From: the human T2T-CHM13v2.0 reference genome, Homo sapiens
Direction: 5' to 3'
Assembly: GCA_009914755.4 (NCBI GenBank)
Contig: CP068257.2
Span: 20,544,001-20,608,000, forward strand
DNA: 64,000 bases
Shown here: piece after piece, positions 24,601-37,300 of the stretch
How positions within the stretch are numbered: the stretch's first letter is position 1
Layout: every line of letters begins with the position of its first letter
Made by a program: the position numbers and the translations under genes
The notes under the pieces: generated by a model
Databases searched by the model: none
Seen by the model: only the letters and a program-made list of their open reading frames with translations
What the model was told of the DNA's origin: nothing

Positions 24601-27600
24601 TGAGACTGGAAAAACAGAAGCCAATTCCTGGGTCAACCCCACAAAATTTGGAATGTTGGCTACATCATCCAAACTCTTTCCCTCTCCAGGGAGAAACTGG
24701 AATATGGAGGTTTCTGCAAGCTCGATCTGTGCAGAGCGAGAGAAAGGGGCTATGATAAATGAATATATGCTATTAAAAATCACCATCTTTGTTCTCGGCA
24801 GCCCCCAACCTGAGATCATCTTCTGTCAGTATCACTTGGTCAGCCTCCAGAAAGTGAGAACGTTGGACATATGCTCCACTCTTTTCCTTTTCTTTTTTTT
24901 TTTCTCCAGGGAGAAACTTTGATCTAGGGTTTATCTTCACATGGTGAGGTTGTGCAATGGAGAAACATAACAGTGTGACGGTGCTTCAAATTTTCCTACC
25001 AGCTTCTATGCAGCTGGTTTTGTGTGCTAAAGTGCAGGAGCCTCTCAACTGGTTCTTGGATTTCTCATAAGGAATAGTTTTTCCTTATGTTGTGAAATTG
25101 ATGTGCCGTCTGGGAAAGCATGGCTTTGTATTTTACCTTCTTGCTGACAGCCTTCTGCAAACTTATTTTTAATTCCTGTTTGCTCTTCACAAAAATTTGC
25201 TAATTTTTAACATATTTTAATTGACTAAATTTTAATTTAAAAATTTGCTAATTTTTAACATATTTAATTTACTAAAATTTATGTGACTCTTTTATGACTT
25301 AATTTATCTTTTTAATAAAAAGGACAAAAGTAAGTAAATAAATAATGATGATAAAATAATTACTCTGTGATTATTATAGTAATGTGTTACCTTACTGAGA
25401 TTTATCTTCAAATATTAGCTGAAGGGACAAAGAAGTGGATGATTAGTCCAGATGTAGTATAAAGCTGCAGGTTAAAAAGAAAGTGAAAATGGTAGGAAGA
25501 GGTAGCAGTGAGGGTAGAACTGAGATGAAGTATCCTGAGTGCAGTGCTTTCGGTAACACATATTTTCTTTGTTTATTTGTTATTATTCCCATACAGTCCA
25601 ACTAGTTCAGTTGTATTTTTTTTTAAAGATAGATAGCTGTGCTTCAGTATCTGGACCAGATAGAATCTTTAAGTTTCAAATTATTTTAATGGTGATTTAT
25701 GCATGAAAAGACTAAATGTTCTATACTCCATATATGATAAAATATATACTTAATATAAATACATTTCATAAAAATATGTAACTGAATATCCATGTGACAA
25801 AATTTACAAAAGAAAAAACTGTATTCATATTTTAACATGTATTGAAGTGATTATAATTTACTTAGGGGTTTGCGGATTAACAAAGGAGTACACAAGTAAA
25901 CTTTCTTTACATTACTATATTTTAGTGTAGGTACAAATAAGCACAGTTTATTTTTATTTTTTAGAAAATGCTTATTCTTTTAGAAATGCTCATTATTTAT
26001 CTGAGAATTTTTAAAAAATGCTCTGGAAGGCGCATAGGTTTCAGAAAGCACTGGCTTCTCATGCTTTAGTTATCCAAGTTTCTAAGGGGAAGTAATTTTT
26101 CTGTTGTTAAGTCTTTATACTTATTCATTTTAGTTCACCTTTTGGTTAAAATCTCTTGGATTAAACAAAACAGAAAGAAATGTCTTATCTAATGCCTTTC
26201 TCTGAGTTACATTGCAATAATATGCACACAATAAAGTAGTTTACTTACCAAGACATGAAAACTGCTTTTCAGCTAGAAATACAAATGTTCTCCTTGATTG
26301 AGTTTTAATGAAGACAGATATATACATCTGCAAATGTATATAGAGAAAGAGAGAACGCAGAGTGCTAGTACATGCATTTATGAGCCAGCAAGATGTGCAG
26401 GCTTTCTTTGTCTGATATTATTGTAACCCATGAGTTTGGATGTAAGTGAAGCATTAGTCTTACAGAGCAGCTTTTCCTACCACTCTATTTCTCTTCTTTT
26501 CAGCCTAGTGTCAAGCTTTCAAACCAAGCCCTCTTTTTCAGATTATCTGAGCTATCTATATCAGCCTTTTCTCAGCAATGAATATAAATGTTACATTATT
26601 TTCTGAAGTGTAATATTTACCACCCATATTCACTTTCTCTTTTTTTTTAGCCAAATATAGCTGTCTTTTGGTCTTTATAGACCTATACATCCATCCCCCT
26701 GACCATGAATGAATAGGCTTGGATTCAATTTCTTCAACCTAGCAACTTTGCCTGCTCTTCTGTAAATTTAAATTTGACTCCTGGCTTTGAGATTATTGCA
26801 CAAGCCTGACAATCAAATAAAACATAGTCCTTCTTCTATAAAGTGCTATTTTCTTACACATGTCCAAACACAAACACCCACAAACCCTTAAACATGCATG
26901 TATTCCACCAAATTATATCATATTAGAGTTATCTTTCTTTAGCAAAAAGTCTCTTCCAAAATATGACTACCAAAATTATTAAGTCTTTTATAAGATGAAT
27001 AAAATCAGACAGTTTAATATTTAGAGCTGATGCCTTTAATCTTTAGCATTTTGTATTTTTTTTCCCTTGACAATCTAATTTCTTCCCCACAGTTCGCCAA
27101 GGCTGTAAACTATAAGTGAAGTAGAAAGGTATGACAATCATATTACAAAATATTGAAAAGGTTAAAGTAGTAAAGCACCTTTCCCAGGATATATGAGACA
27201 TTAAGATTTTGGTATTTTATATTAGTGAAGAGATTACATTGAAAAAGGTAAATGGCACAACAAAAAGTCATTATTTTTAAACAGAAAGTTCATGAGGATT
27301 CTATATGATAATCTTTCTTTTGGTCTTGAATCTTAAATAATATTTTTATAGTAATTTTAACTTAATTTAATTTAAGCACAGCTAGAATTTATGTATGCAT
27401 ACATGTTTATAAGTTAAATATATATGTATTTATCTCACACTTTAATGTACTGTCTAGACTCACTGTAATATTGTCAATTGTCAATACAATATTCTTTATA
27501 TTAAAATAAGATTTTTGATATATTTGGGGGTTACATTCTGTATGATAGAACCCTAACTGGTTTTATTGTTAAGAGTTCAAAGGGCTTTTTAGCTGTGACA

Positions 27601-28184
27601 GTCCTTCCTGGATATTTGTGTTGAAGTTTGATCTCACTTACATTTCGCCTTAGCCATGTTCTCTTGCCCTAAGATCCAGATTATTACAGCAGAGGTTAGT
27701 CAATGCTCTCAAGACTTCCAACCCTGAGGACTTAATGAACGTGGCAATCTAAACACAGGAACTTGTCTAATTGATTATTTCCCAGGATGACAGTGAATGC
27801 AATTTAAGAACAAACTTTTATGGCAAGTTGTAACTGAGATTTACATTCATTCACTCAAAAGCATTACTTTAACATCTACTGTCTGCTGGGGCATTGTTCC
27901 AGACAAGCAATTCTCAAAGTGTGAACCATGTTACAATACAAGGGTCTTAGAGATTAAAAAAAATCATAATAATATTATGATATCTGCTTTTTTCACTTTC
28001 CATATCTCAAGAGAATAAAGTCTTCCAGTGAAGTCTTCCAGGAGCTAAAAGATATATCACAAAAGATTGTATATAAAAACAGTTATGAGAATCTAGCTGC
28101 CTTCTAGTAAGTCAGACATTAAAGAGATGCACAAAAATATAATATAAAGCCACTATTTCTCAATAAACATTTTTGTTTGGGAAA

Positions 28185-28300
28185 GTGTAATCTTTAATCT
28201 TTTAAGTGTGATCTTTTAAGTAAGTTAATAAGTGTATAATTTAATTTAAGTAAGTTAATAATCTTTTAAATAAGTAAGTGTAATCTTTTAAGTAAGTTAT
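28185..28300. repeat. Low-complexity tandem-like repeat (taagtaagttaata / aatcttttaagt motifs)
   Basis: gtaatctttaatcttttaagtgtgatcttttaagtaagttaataagtgtataatttaatttaagtaagttaataatcttttaaataagtaagtgtaatcttttaagtaagttat. Confidence 0.5.
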
Positions 28301-28823
28301 TTTTGCTATCATGTGTAATTATAGTTAATAACTGGAATAGAATAAGTTTAAATATTGCTAAGTTTGAATTCCTAATACCATAAATTTTGACAGCTATACA
28401 CAAAAATGACATGTGGATTCATTAATAATATTTAAGGGTATAAAGGGGTCCTGACACCAAAAGATTTGTGAGCTGCTGTTCTAGGTTCTAGAATCTTAAT
28501 CAGTTTTCTTCTCCTGTTCTCATGAATCCATTATGGAAGTAGTATAGACTATTTTAGAATGATCCTTAGCTATATTACTGTTATTTCCTATTTTAAGCTT
28601 TGAGAAAAACTTGTTTTCAACTCTCAAGCAGTTCATGCCAGTTCCTGGAATAAAAAGAACATCTGGGAAAAATCCCAATTAGTGTTGTTTTGTCCTAGTT
28701 CTCTTATTTCCAGTTTTTCCTTAGAGATACAAACGAAAGACCCCTAATTATAGATTTTAAAGTTTTCCTTATCCTCTTCCATTTGGCTACTAGGTGATTC
28801 TACTGTGTAAAAACTTAGCTCCA

Positions 28824-29010
28824 CCTTTGCACAGTGGAAGTATGCTAGCTGATGAGGTTTATCTGAGGTGCAAGTATTGCTAATTCAAAACTTTTCCCAA
28901 TACCCGGCCATGATGACTTGAAATATGGTCGACATTGGCAATTTTCGACAGTCTCTGCAGAGAATGAACCATCTTTGTTTAAAAAAACGAAAACAAACAA
29001 AAAAACAAAA
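28824..29010 (+). mobile_element. Short retroposed fragment (about 150 bp of unknown source plus an A-rich tail) with 15-bp TSDs; an L1-mediated orphan or 3'-end retrocopy
   Basis: TSD aaaaacttagctcca sits at 28809-28823 and 29011-29025. The insert ends in aaaaaaacgaaaacaaacaaaaaaacaaaaaaaaa. The body reads cctttgcacagtggaagtatgctagctgatgaggtttatctgaggtgcaagtattgctaattcaaaacttttcccaatacccggccatgatgacttgaaatatggtcgacattggcaattttcgacagtctctgcagagaatgaaccatctttgttt. Confidence 0.45.
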
Positions 29011-29138
29011 AAAAACTTAGCTCCATGTAAAGGACTTTACATCTAACTTTGTGTTGAATGTACGGTCACATAATTTTACAAACCTCTTCCGTTTAACTTG
29101 CCCAGCTGTGTAATTAACGATGGTACAATATGCAGTTC

Positions 29139-29222
29139 TAAGACCCTTGCAAGCCAAATTACAAGTCTTCAGACCCTTACAAGTCTAAGACCCTTACACT
29201 TCTAAGACCCTTACAAGTCTAA
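29139..29222. repeat. Minisatellite, about 17-bp unit (agacccttacaagtcta) in about 5 copies
   Basis: taagacccttgcaagccaaattacaagtcttcagacccttacaagtctaagacccttacacttctaagacccttacaagtctaa. Confidence 0.7.
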
Positions 29223-30882
29223 TTATTTTGCGTTTTTTGTTTCATATTTACTGCCCCACAAGACAATATATATCCACATTGTAATATACAAATTATATAA
29301 ATTCCAGGCCGCCCACGGTTTTTTTTTTTTTTTTCTTTTGCCATTGTGTTTTCTGGCTCTACCACTGATTTGTACACATGCCTTTCTCCTCACAAATATT
29401 TTCTCATTCGGGCATCAAGAGAAACCATTTTCCACAGGCTTTGGAGAGAGACCTTGGTTGGAAGCCCAGCTCCGCCATGAACTACTTATTTGATCTCTGG
29501 CATGTTATCAGCATTTCTAGATCACTAGTTTTTCATCAATGGAATGAAAATAATTACAGTACCTGTCTTATAAATTTGTTATTAGAACAATATGGATTAA
29601 AGCATGAAACTATTTTGTAAACATTCTAGCACAATGAAAATTTTCAAGAAATGCTTGTTGTTATGATTTTTTTGTTTATTGTTAAGCCACCAAACCTGAT
29701 GACTTTCATTTCTGCCCATGAATGTCTCTGTATTCTGAAATCTTTCAGTCTAAAATATGCATTAATATTTTCTTTGCAAACTTGTATGCAAGTTACTTAT
29801 GAAACAGAGCAGGCTAAGGCCGATTGGTGTTGGAATTTTTTAAATGAATACTATCATTTGTTATATGGATTTTTAAATTTCAGATATTAGTTGTGCTCTT
29901 TAAGCTGATAGGAAAATAATATTTTGGTATTTTTTTAAGATGAAAGCTGAAATTTGGAATCAGGATGTTTTTAAGTAAAGATAAAAAGGACATGCAGCCA
30001 ATCAAATCAAATCAAACTTGAGATTATAATTATGAAATAATTTCATGTGAAAATCCTAATTCCAATTTTGTCATGGACGAAGGTATCTATTGCTAACATG
30101 AAATTTGATTAAAATGTAAATTATTGTTTGAGCTAACTAATCCAAACCTAGAAAAAGTACAAAAGCATCAAAATGAAAACAGGTTTGAATGTTTGCTTTA
30201 TTGATAATTATCCCATTAATCACTACCAAACTTCAATATTTTAAAAATAAAAATCAGCCTCATGTATTTAGTTTTTTGTTTGCTTGTTTGTTTAAAAGTA
30301 AGCTCAGCTGGACAAGAAAGTAATTTTAGCAAGAAGAACCTTTGGCTAAGACCTAGTCTACCTGTCCTTGAACTTTAGACATCATATGTTCCAAAGTTAT
30401 TTCAATCAATTTTAAAATCTATGCAACAGGAAAGTAACAGTATGTTCTATTGTATGGGTTAAGTCTCACAAATAATGCACTTGCATGTATATGAGTTCTT
30501 TCACTTATTCAGTTCTTTTCTTAAAATATGATCTCCTCAGAGAAGACTTAATGACCACCTGTCATTAATAGCTGCTTTCACTCTCTTCATCTTACTCTGA
30601 TTTATTTTTTCCACAACAATTTTAACTCCTGAAAAATTGTATTTCTTAATTTGTTTATTGTTTATTATATATCTCCACTAGATTGTAAGCCAGTGAAAGC
30701 AAGGGTTTGTTTCTGTACTCTGCTATACATATTTCCAGCTTCTAAAAGTAGTCCTGGTATATAATAGGTTCCTAATAAATATTTGTCCAATGAATAGATC
30801 AATGAGTGTATTTAGAAGTAGAATTTCATTAAACATTTTTAGAAGCATTTAACATGTTTTACATATCTTAAGATATAATTTT

Positions 30883-31182
<300 letters not shown>

Positions 31183-32639
31183 TTAATTCAACTTTGCAAG
31201 AGTGCACAAATAAATGACCGTAATGAATACATGTACATGTTTTTAAAAACTGGGTAGTCTGATTTAATGGATGTGAGCATAAACTTATTTCAGAGTTTAT
31301 TCATATTTAAGTGTCTTCCTTATAAAATACAATGAAGTTGTGAAAAGTACAGGTCTATCATTTTAAAATATTTAAGAAAAATTTAAAAAGTTGTCTAATT
31401 CATCCATTTTTTTGAAATATATGTTTTAAAATCTCAAAATAAGCACCCATTTAACTAAGTAAATATGAGTGCTAGTCATTACTGGTCAGTTACATTTTTT
31501 CCACCTTGAAAATTGTACTTGAAGTTTGAAAATAGACTAAATAACTGCAAAACTTTAAGTAAAATATATGCATATTTGCTACAAGTCTACCAAGTGAAAT
31601 TAACAAATACAACTGCTTTTAAATAATCATCTACCATTTATAATGTCATATTTTCATTTATTTAAATTCTAGGATTTATTTTTCTTGAGTTATAACAACA
31701 CCCCCATTTATTATTTCACAGTTTCTATCGATCAGAAGACAGGCAGAGTGTAGCTGCTTCTCTGTTCAGGGTATTACAAGGCTAAAACCAAGGATTAAGC
31801 CAGATTGCATTCTCATCTGGAGTATAGGAGCCATTTTTAAAGTTGAAAATGTATTGATACCTAAATAATCTTTCTGTACTACTTGTTATTTGATGCTTTT
31901 TTAGTACCAAATATTTGATACACCTTACACCTTTAAGGCGTAAGGTGATATTTTAGTGACTTATCTAACCCTCCTGAAATTTATTCAACTTTTTTCTCTA
32001 TTCTGTGTCCTATAACTTTCCATCACTTGATTTTTCATCCTATTGCCAAATACTACACTCAACTTAAAAAGTCTTGACTGCAAATGTTTCTGTGTTTTTA
32101 ATTTCTAGAATTATAATAGGTATCTTATTTCTCACAATATATTTAATATTTGAAAAAATGATTTTTGAGTTATAAAGTACTTTTAAAACTTTGAAGTATT
32201 TGACATTTTAAAATAGAAAGATGTTTATGATGAGAATCATTAACTTTGGGTTTTAATAATCCTCTAAGCACTATTTACACAAAAAATTCTTTTTTAAAAA
32301 AATTCAACAGGATTTTTGGGAAGAGGTGGTGTATGGTTACATAAATAAGTTATCTAGTGGTGATTTCTGAGATTTTGGTGCACCCATCACCCGAGAAATG
32401 CACACTGTCTCCAATTAGTAGTCTTTTATCCCTCACCTCCCTCCCACCCTTTCCCCCGAATCCACAAAGTCCAATGTATCATTCTTATGCTTTTGCATCC
32501 TCATAGCTCAGCTCCCACTTATGAATGAGAATATACAATCTTTGGTTTTCCATTCCTGAATTACTTCACTTAGAATAATGGTCTCCAATTCCAGCCAGAT
32601 TGCTGTGAATGCCATTATTTTATTCCTTTTTATAGCTGA

Positions 32640-33360
32640 GTAGTATTCCGTTATATATAAATATAATTATATATAAATATAATATAAATATATATTATAA
32701 TATGTAAAATATATATTTACATTATATATATAATTATATATAATATAAAAATAAATTATATACATTTATATATAAATATATACTTATATATACTTATATG
32801 TTATATATAATTATATATGTTATATATAAGTGTATATAGTATATACACATATATATTTTTATATATGTATAAGTATATATATACTTACACTATATATACT
32901 TATACTATATATAAGTATATACTTATATATATACGTATATATACATAAGTATATATGTATATATATAAGCTTATATATAATTATATATACTTATATATAT
33001 TTATATTATATATAAATTTTTATAGCTGAGTAGTATTTATATATATAGATATTTATATTTTTATAGCTTAGTAGTATTCCATTATATATATTATATATTA
33101 TATATATCATTATATATAATATATATGAAATATATATTCCATTATATATAATATATAATATATATTCCATCATATATAATATATATAATATATATTCCAT
33201 TATATATTATATATAATATATTCCATTGTGTATTATATATAATAGATATACCATTATATAATATATAATATATTTTCCATTATCTATTATATATAATATA
33301 TATTCCATTATATATATTATATATATAATGGAATACTACTCAGTATAAAAATTTTATTTA
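32640..33360. repeat. AT-rich (TA/TATATAA-type) expansion seeded from the L1 motif ..gaatagtattccattgtgtatatata... It includes about 9 tandem tattccattatatataatatata units and repeated L1 tags.
   Basis: ttttatagctgagtagtatt occurs in direct orientation at about 32626, 33017 and 33059. About 9 tattccattatatata(at)n units lie at 33075-33320. An inverted copy, ataatggaatactactcagtataaaaa, sits at 33323-33348. The track ORFs 32830-33015 and 33006-33200 are translations of this simple sequence. Confidence 0.8.
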
Positions 33361-33559
33361 TATATATAAAATTCCATTTTATATAACACTTGTTGATTGA
33401 TGGGCATTTGGCTTACTTCCATACTTTTGCAATTATGAATTGTGCTGCTATAAATGTGTGTGCAAGTATCTTTTTTGTATAATGACTTCTTTTCCTGTGG
33501 GTAGGTACCCAGGAGGAGGATTGCTGAATCAAATGGTAGTTCTACTTTTAGTTCTTTAA

Positions 33560-34039
<480 letters not shown>

Positions 34040-34049
34040 TATTGGTTTC

Positions 34050-34319
34050 TTTTTTTGACACGGAGTCTCACTCTGCCACCCAGGGTGGAGTGCAGTGATG
34101 CAACGTCTCCCTCTTGGGTTCAAGCAATTCTCCTGCCTCAGGCTCCCAAGTAGCTGGGATTACAGGTATGGGCCGCCACACCCAGACAATTTTTGTATTT
34201 TATTAGAGAAGAGGTTTACCATGTTTGCCAGTCTGGTCTCGAACTCCTGACCTCAAAAAATCTACCCGTCTTGGGCTTCCAGAGTGCTGGGGTTACAAGT
34301 GTGAGCCACTGCACCCGGC
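34050..34319 (-). mobile_element. Older Alu (AluS/J-type), minus strand, with an about 16-bp TSD drawn from the host L1
   Basis: tttttttgacacggagtctcactctgccacccagggtggagtgcagtgatgcaacgtctccctcttgggttcaagcaattctcctgcctcaggctcccaagtagctgggattacaggtatgggccgccacacccagacaatttttgtattttattagagaagaggtttaccatgtttgccagtctggtctcgaactcctgacctcaaaaaatctacccgtcttgggcttccagagtgctggggttacaagtgtgagccactgcacccggc. Flanking L1-derived duplicates are attgcactgttgggtttt before the Alu pair and ttgcattgtggttttgatttg after it. Confidence 0.85.
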
Positions 34320-37300
34320 TTGCATTGTGGTTTTGATTTGCATTTCCTTGATCATTAATGATGTTGAGCAGTTTTTCATATGTTTGTTTGCCATTTGTGT
34401 ATCTTCTTTTGAGAATTGTCTATTCGTGTCCTTTGCCCACTTTATGATGAGATTGTTTTTATCTTGCTGATTCGTTTGAGTGACTTGTACATTCTGGATA
34501 TTAGTTCTTTATCAGATGTATAGATTGCCAAGATTTTCTCCCAATATGTGGATTGTCTGTTTACTCTGCTGATTGTTTCTTTTGCTGTGCAGAAGCTTTT
34601 TATTTTAATGAAGCCTCATCTATTTATTTTTAGTTTTGTTGCATTTGCTTTTGGGTTCTTGGTCATGAGGTCTTTGACTAAGCCAACGTCTAGAAGGATT
34701 TTTCCAATGTTATCTTCTAGAATTTTTATGTTTTCAGATCTTAGATTTAAGTCCTTGATCCATCTTGAGTAGATTTTTGCATAAGGTGAGAAATGAGGAT
34801 CCAGTTTTGTCCTTCTACATGCGGCTTTCCAATTATCCCAGCACCATTTGTTGAATAGGGTGTTGTTTCTCCACTTTATGTCTTTGCCTTGTCGAAGATC
34901 AGTTAGCTATAAGTATTTGGGTTTATTTCTGGGTTCTCTATTCTGTTCCGTTGATCTATGTCTATGTGCCTATTTTTATACCAGTACCATGCTGTTTTGG
35001 TGACTATGGCCTCCCTGGTGTGAAACCCACTTGATAATGGTGGATTATCTTTTCGATATGCTGTTGGATTCAGTTAGCTAGTATTTTCTTAAAGATTTTT
35101 CCATCTGTATTCATCAAGGATATTGGTATTCTTTTTTTTTGTTTTGTCTTTTCCTGGTTTTGGTATTAGGGTAATACCAACTTCATAGAATGATAGCAGA
35201 AAGATTTCGTCTTTCTCTGTCTTGTAGAATAGTGTCAACAAGATTAGTACCAATTATTTTTCAAATGTCTAATAGAATTCAGCTGTGAATTCATCTTGTC
35301 TGTACTTTTTGTTGGCAATTTTACTGTTTTATATACTTAAGCAGATAGGCCCCATTACGTACATTTTCTCAAGATAAGCAGTAACTAGTTCTCAAGTAAG
35401 AGGACTTAATGGCATCTTTTATTACACATCCTAAATTTATATGGAAATTGGGGTAACCATCTATGTTAGCACAATTGAGCAACCAGTTAACAATAATTTA
35501 TTGTATATTTCATAATATCTAAGAGAGGATTTGAGATGTTTCCCCCCAAAAAGATAAATATTTAAAGTGACAGATATCCCAATTACCCTGATTTGATCAT
35601 TACACTTTTTATACTTCCACCAAAATATCATATGTATTTTATAAATATATACAACTATTATGTATCCATAAATTAAAAAACAAACTTCTTAATCTCAAAT
35701 AGAGTAAAATGATAAACTAAGGAACAGAGGCAAAAATAGTATATGTGTCTTCGGGCAAAATATTAGTTTTGAAAATAAACAAATAAAAACACAAATATAG
35801 CAGACATTGGATTAGACCTCTAAAGGAGGCAGGATGTTTGAATTGAAGAATTACTCCCTTTACTTTTACTTGTTTCTTTCTCTGCCCTTCTTATTGTGAT
35901 CTCAGTTGCCACAATTATATCTGCAACCCAGAACTCTGTGAAGGCATATTGGTGAAGGCTCAAAGTCATTAAATTTTGAACAGATGTTTATCATTTGACG
36001 CAGCACCAATGTTGACAACACTAGTCACTGTCACAATGACACTGGCTTGTCGAAGGGCACTGGTGGAAATGGAGAAAAATTAATGACATAACATTTGCAG
36101 AGAACTTACTATACTTACTGTGTATCTGTCACTGTGTTCAATACTTTGCCAGAATCTCCTAACAACAGCTCTGAGATACAGGTTCTATCAATAATTTATC
36201 ATCACTGTATAGTTAAAAAAATTTGGGCTTATTCAAGATCATACTGATAATAAGTGGTAGATCCAGGATGTGGGTCCAATTGATATGTGGCCAGAGCCTG
36301 TGTACTGTGCAAATTTCTAAGGTGTTATACTTGTCTAGTCTCCCCATCACTGTATGTATGTATGTCTTGAAAATTGATGAAGCCACCATTGCCACTGCTG
36401 ACACTTCACGTTAGCTGTGCATTCCTCTTAGGAACAGCTCACCTCAATCATGCAAATTTCAATAGATTAAAACCTTAACAACCTCCTAATCTAATAACCT
36501 TTGTTATATGTCATTAATAAAACATCTCCTTTGGTTTGACTTTTATTTGCAGTGTTTGTCCTTAAAACTTAGGCATAATGAAAGAATCCAAACTGGCAAG
36601 AGGCAGCCATTATGGTCTCTTCAAAATTTCTTCACTCTATTTTCCTTTGTCCTAGAAAACTCTTGAGTTCTCCCTGAAAGGAGACTAAAGAACAATCCTC
36701 TGCAGATGTGTCTGAATCCTAAAATGAACTTAAGGTATGTCTAAGAAGGTTCCACAAGAATTCCTAGACTTCTAAGATATTTTTGTATTCCAATATTTAA
36801 TGTAGTATTTATATTAGATTGTGTATAAGTTGCTACTTGTTGGGAAATTTTGACTTATTGCCTTATTCTCTTCATTTTTAGATTTTTAGTTCATAGAAAA
36901 ATAAATTGTTTAATTCTCAATGCCAAATATTTGATGAGAATCCAAAGAGGAATTAAAACTATATTTGTTACTGTCATTCTAAAACTTAGCTACATGCTTT
37001 AGCTTTTCAGATACAATTGTGACAGATATAGTACACATTGCTCTTTTGAAAAGTTTGAGTAAAATAAAATAATGAAAATGCAAATATTTAAACTTATAAG
37101 CTGATTTTTCTGTTTGGTGAACTTGTAGCAGAACTCTGCTTCTGCACATAATATTCTTTTAGAAACCATGTATTATTTCTCAATGTTGATTTATATTATC
37201 ATATTCTTATAAACTGTACTATGTTTCTGTTGTATGAATGCATTTGTACAACTCTGTGCATATGCCAAGCTTGAATAGGAAGTATTGAAAATAGAGCAAA

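Larger units (their letters stand above)
18125..25190 (-). mobile_element. Ancient near full-length L1 (L1PB/L1MA-class), antisense on the + strand: 3' end at about 18125, ORF2 and ORF1 remnants, tandem-monomer 5' region at about 24.3-24.8 kb. Two LTR-type elements are inserted in it.
   Basis: The + strand reads reverse-complement L1 throughout: 18140-18440 attttattgtggtaag..ttgaattgtacagtacagtatggtttactgtaagcact..ttctgcttctatgaatttgactatttacatcatctc. 18952- is ataaaagatatcatgcagtatttgtccttctgttgctggcttatttctcttaccataatgtccctgatgtacattcatgttgtcacagatcacagaatttctttcttttaaggctgaatagtattc. Further motifs are ggcctcatagaatgagtttggagaagttctttcctctttaatactttggaagagtttgagaatgattg, ttttgttgggaggtttttgattagtaattcggtattc, atttctgctctaatctttgcattttttttcttctactaatttgagcttagttt, ttgatttctaattttattccactgtggtcataaagacac and the about 190-bp tandem monomers at 24355-24740. 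The track ORFs 18768-19163, 20693-20962 and 22639-22929 are not genes. Confidence 0.8.

Noticed and set aside
24355-24740. About 190-bp tandem units that might be a satellite
   Set aside because: They share cagtgttccc(c)ag, gaagccag, ttggaatgttg and ctgtgagag motifs. They lie at the 5' end of the antisense L1, where old L1 families carry tandemly repeated 5'UTR monomers. They are part of the L1, not an independent satellite.
29139-29222. Short regularly spaced direct repeats (CRISPR-like appearance); likewise 53160-53208 and 16335-16555
   Set aside because: Their units are adjacent with no unique spacers. They are minisatellite or tandem duplications in a eukaryotic context, with no repeat-spacer architecture and no cas genes.
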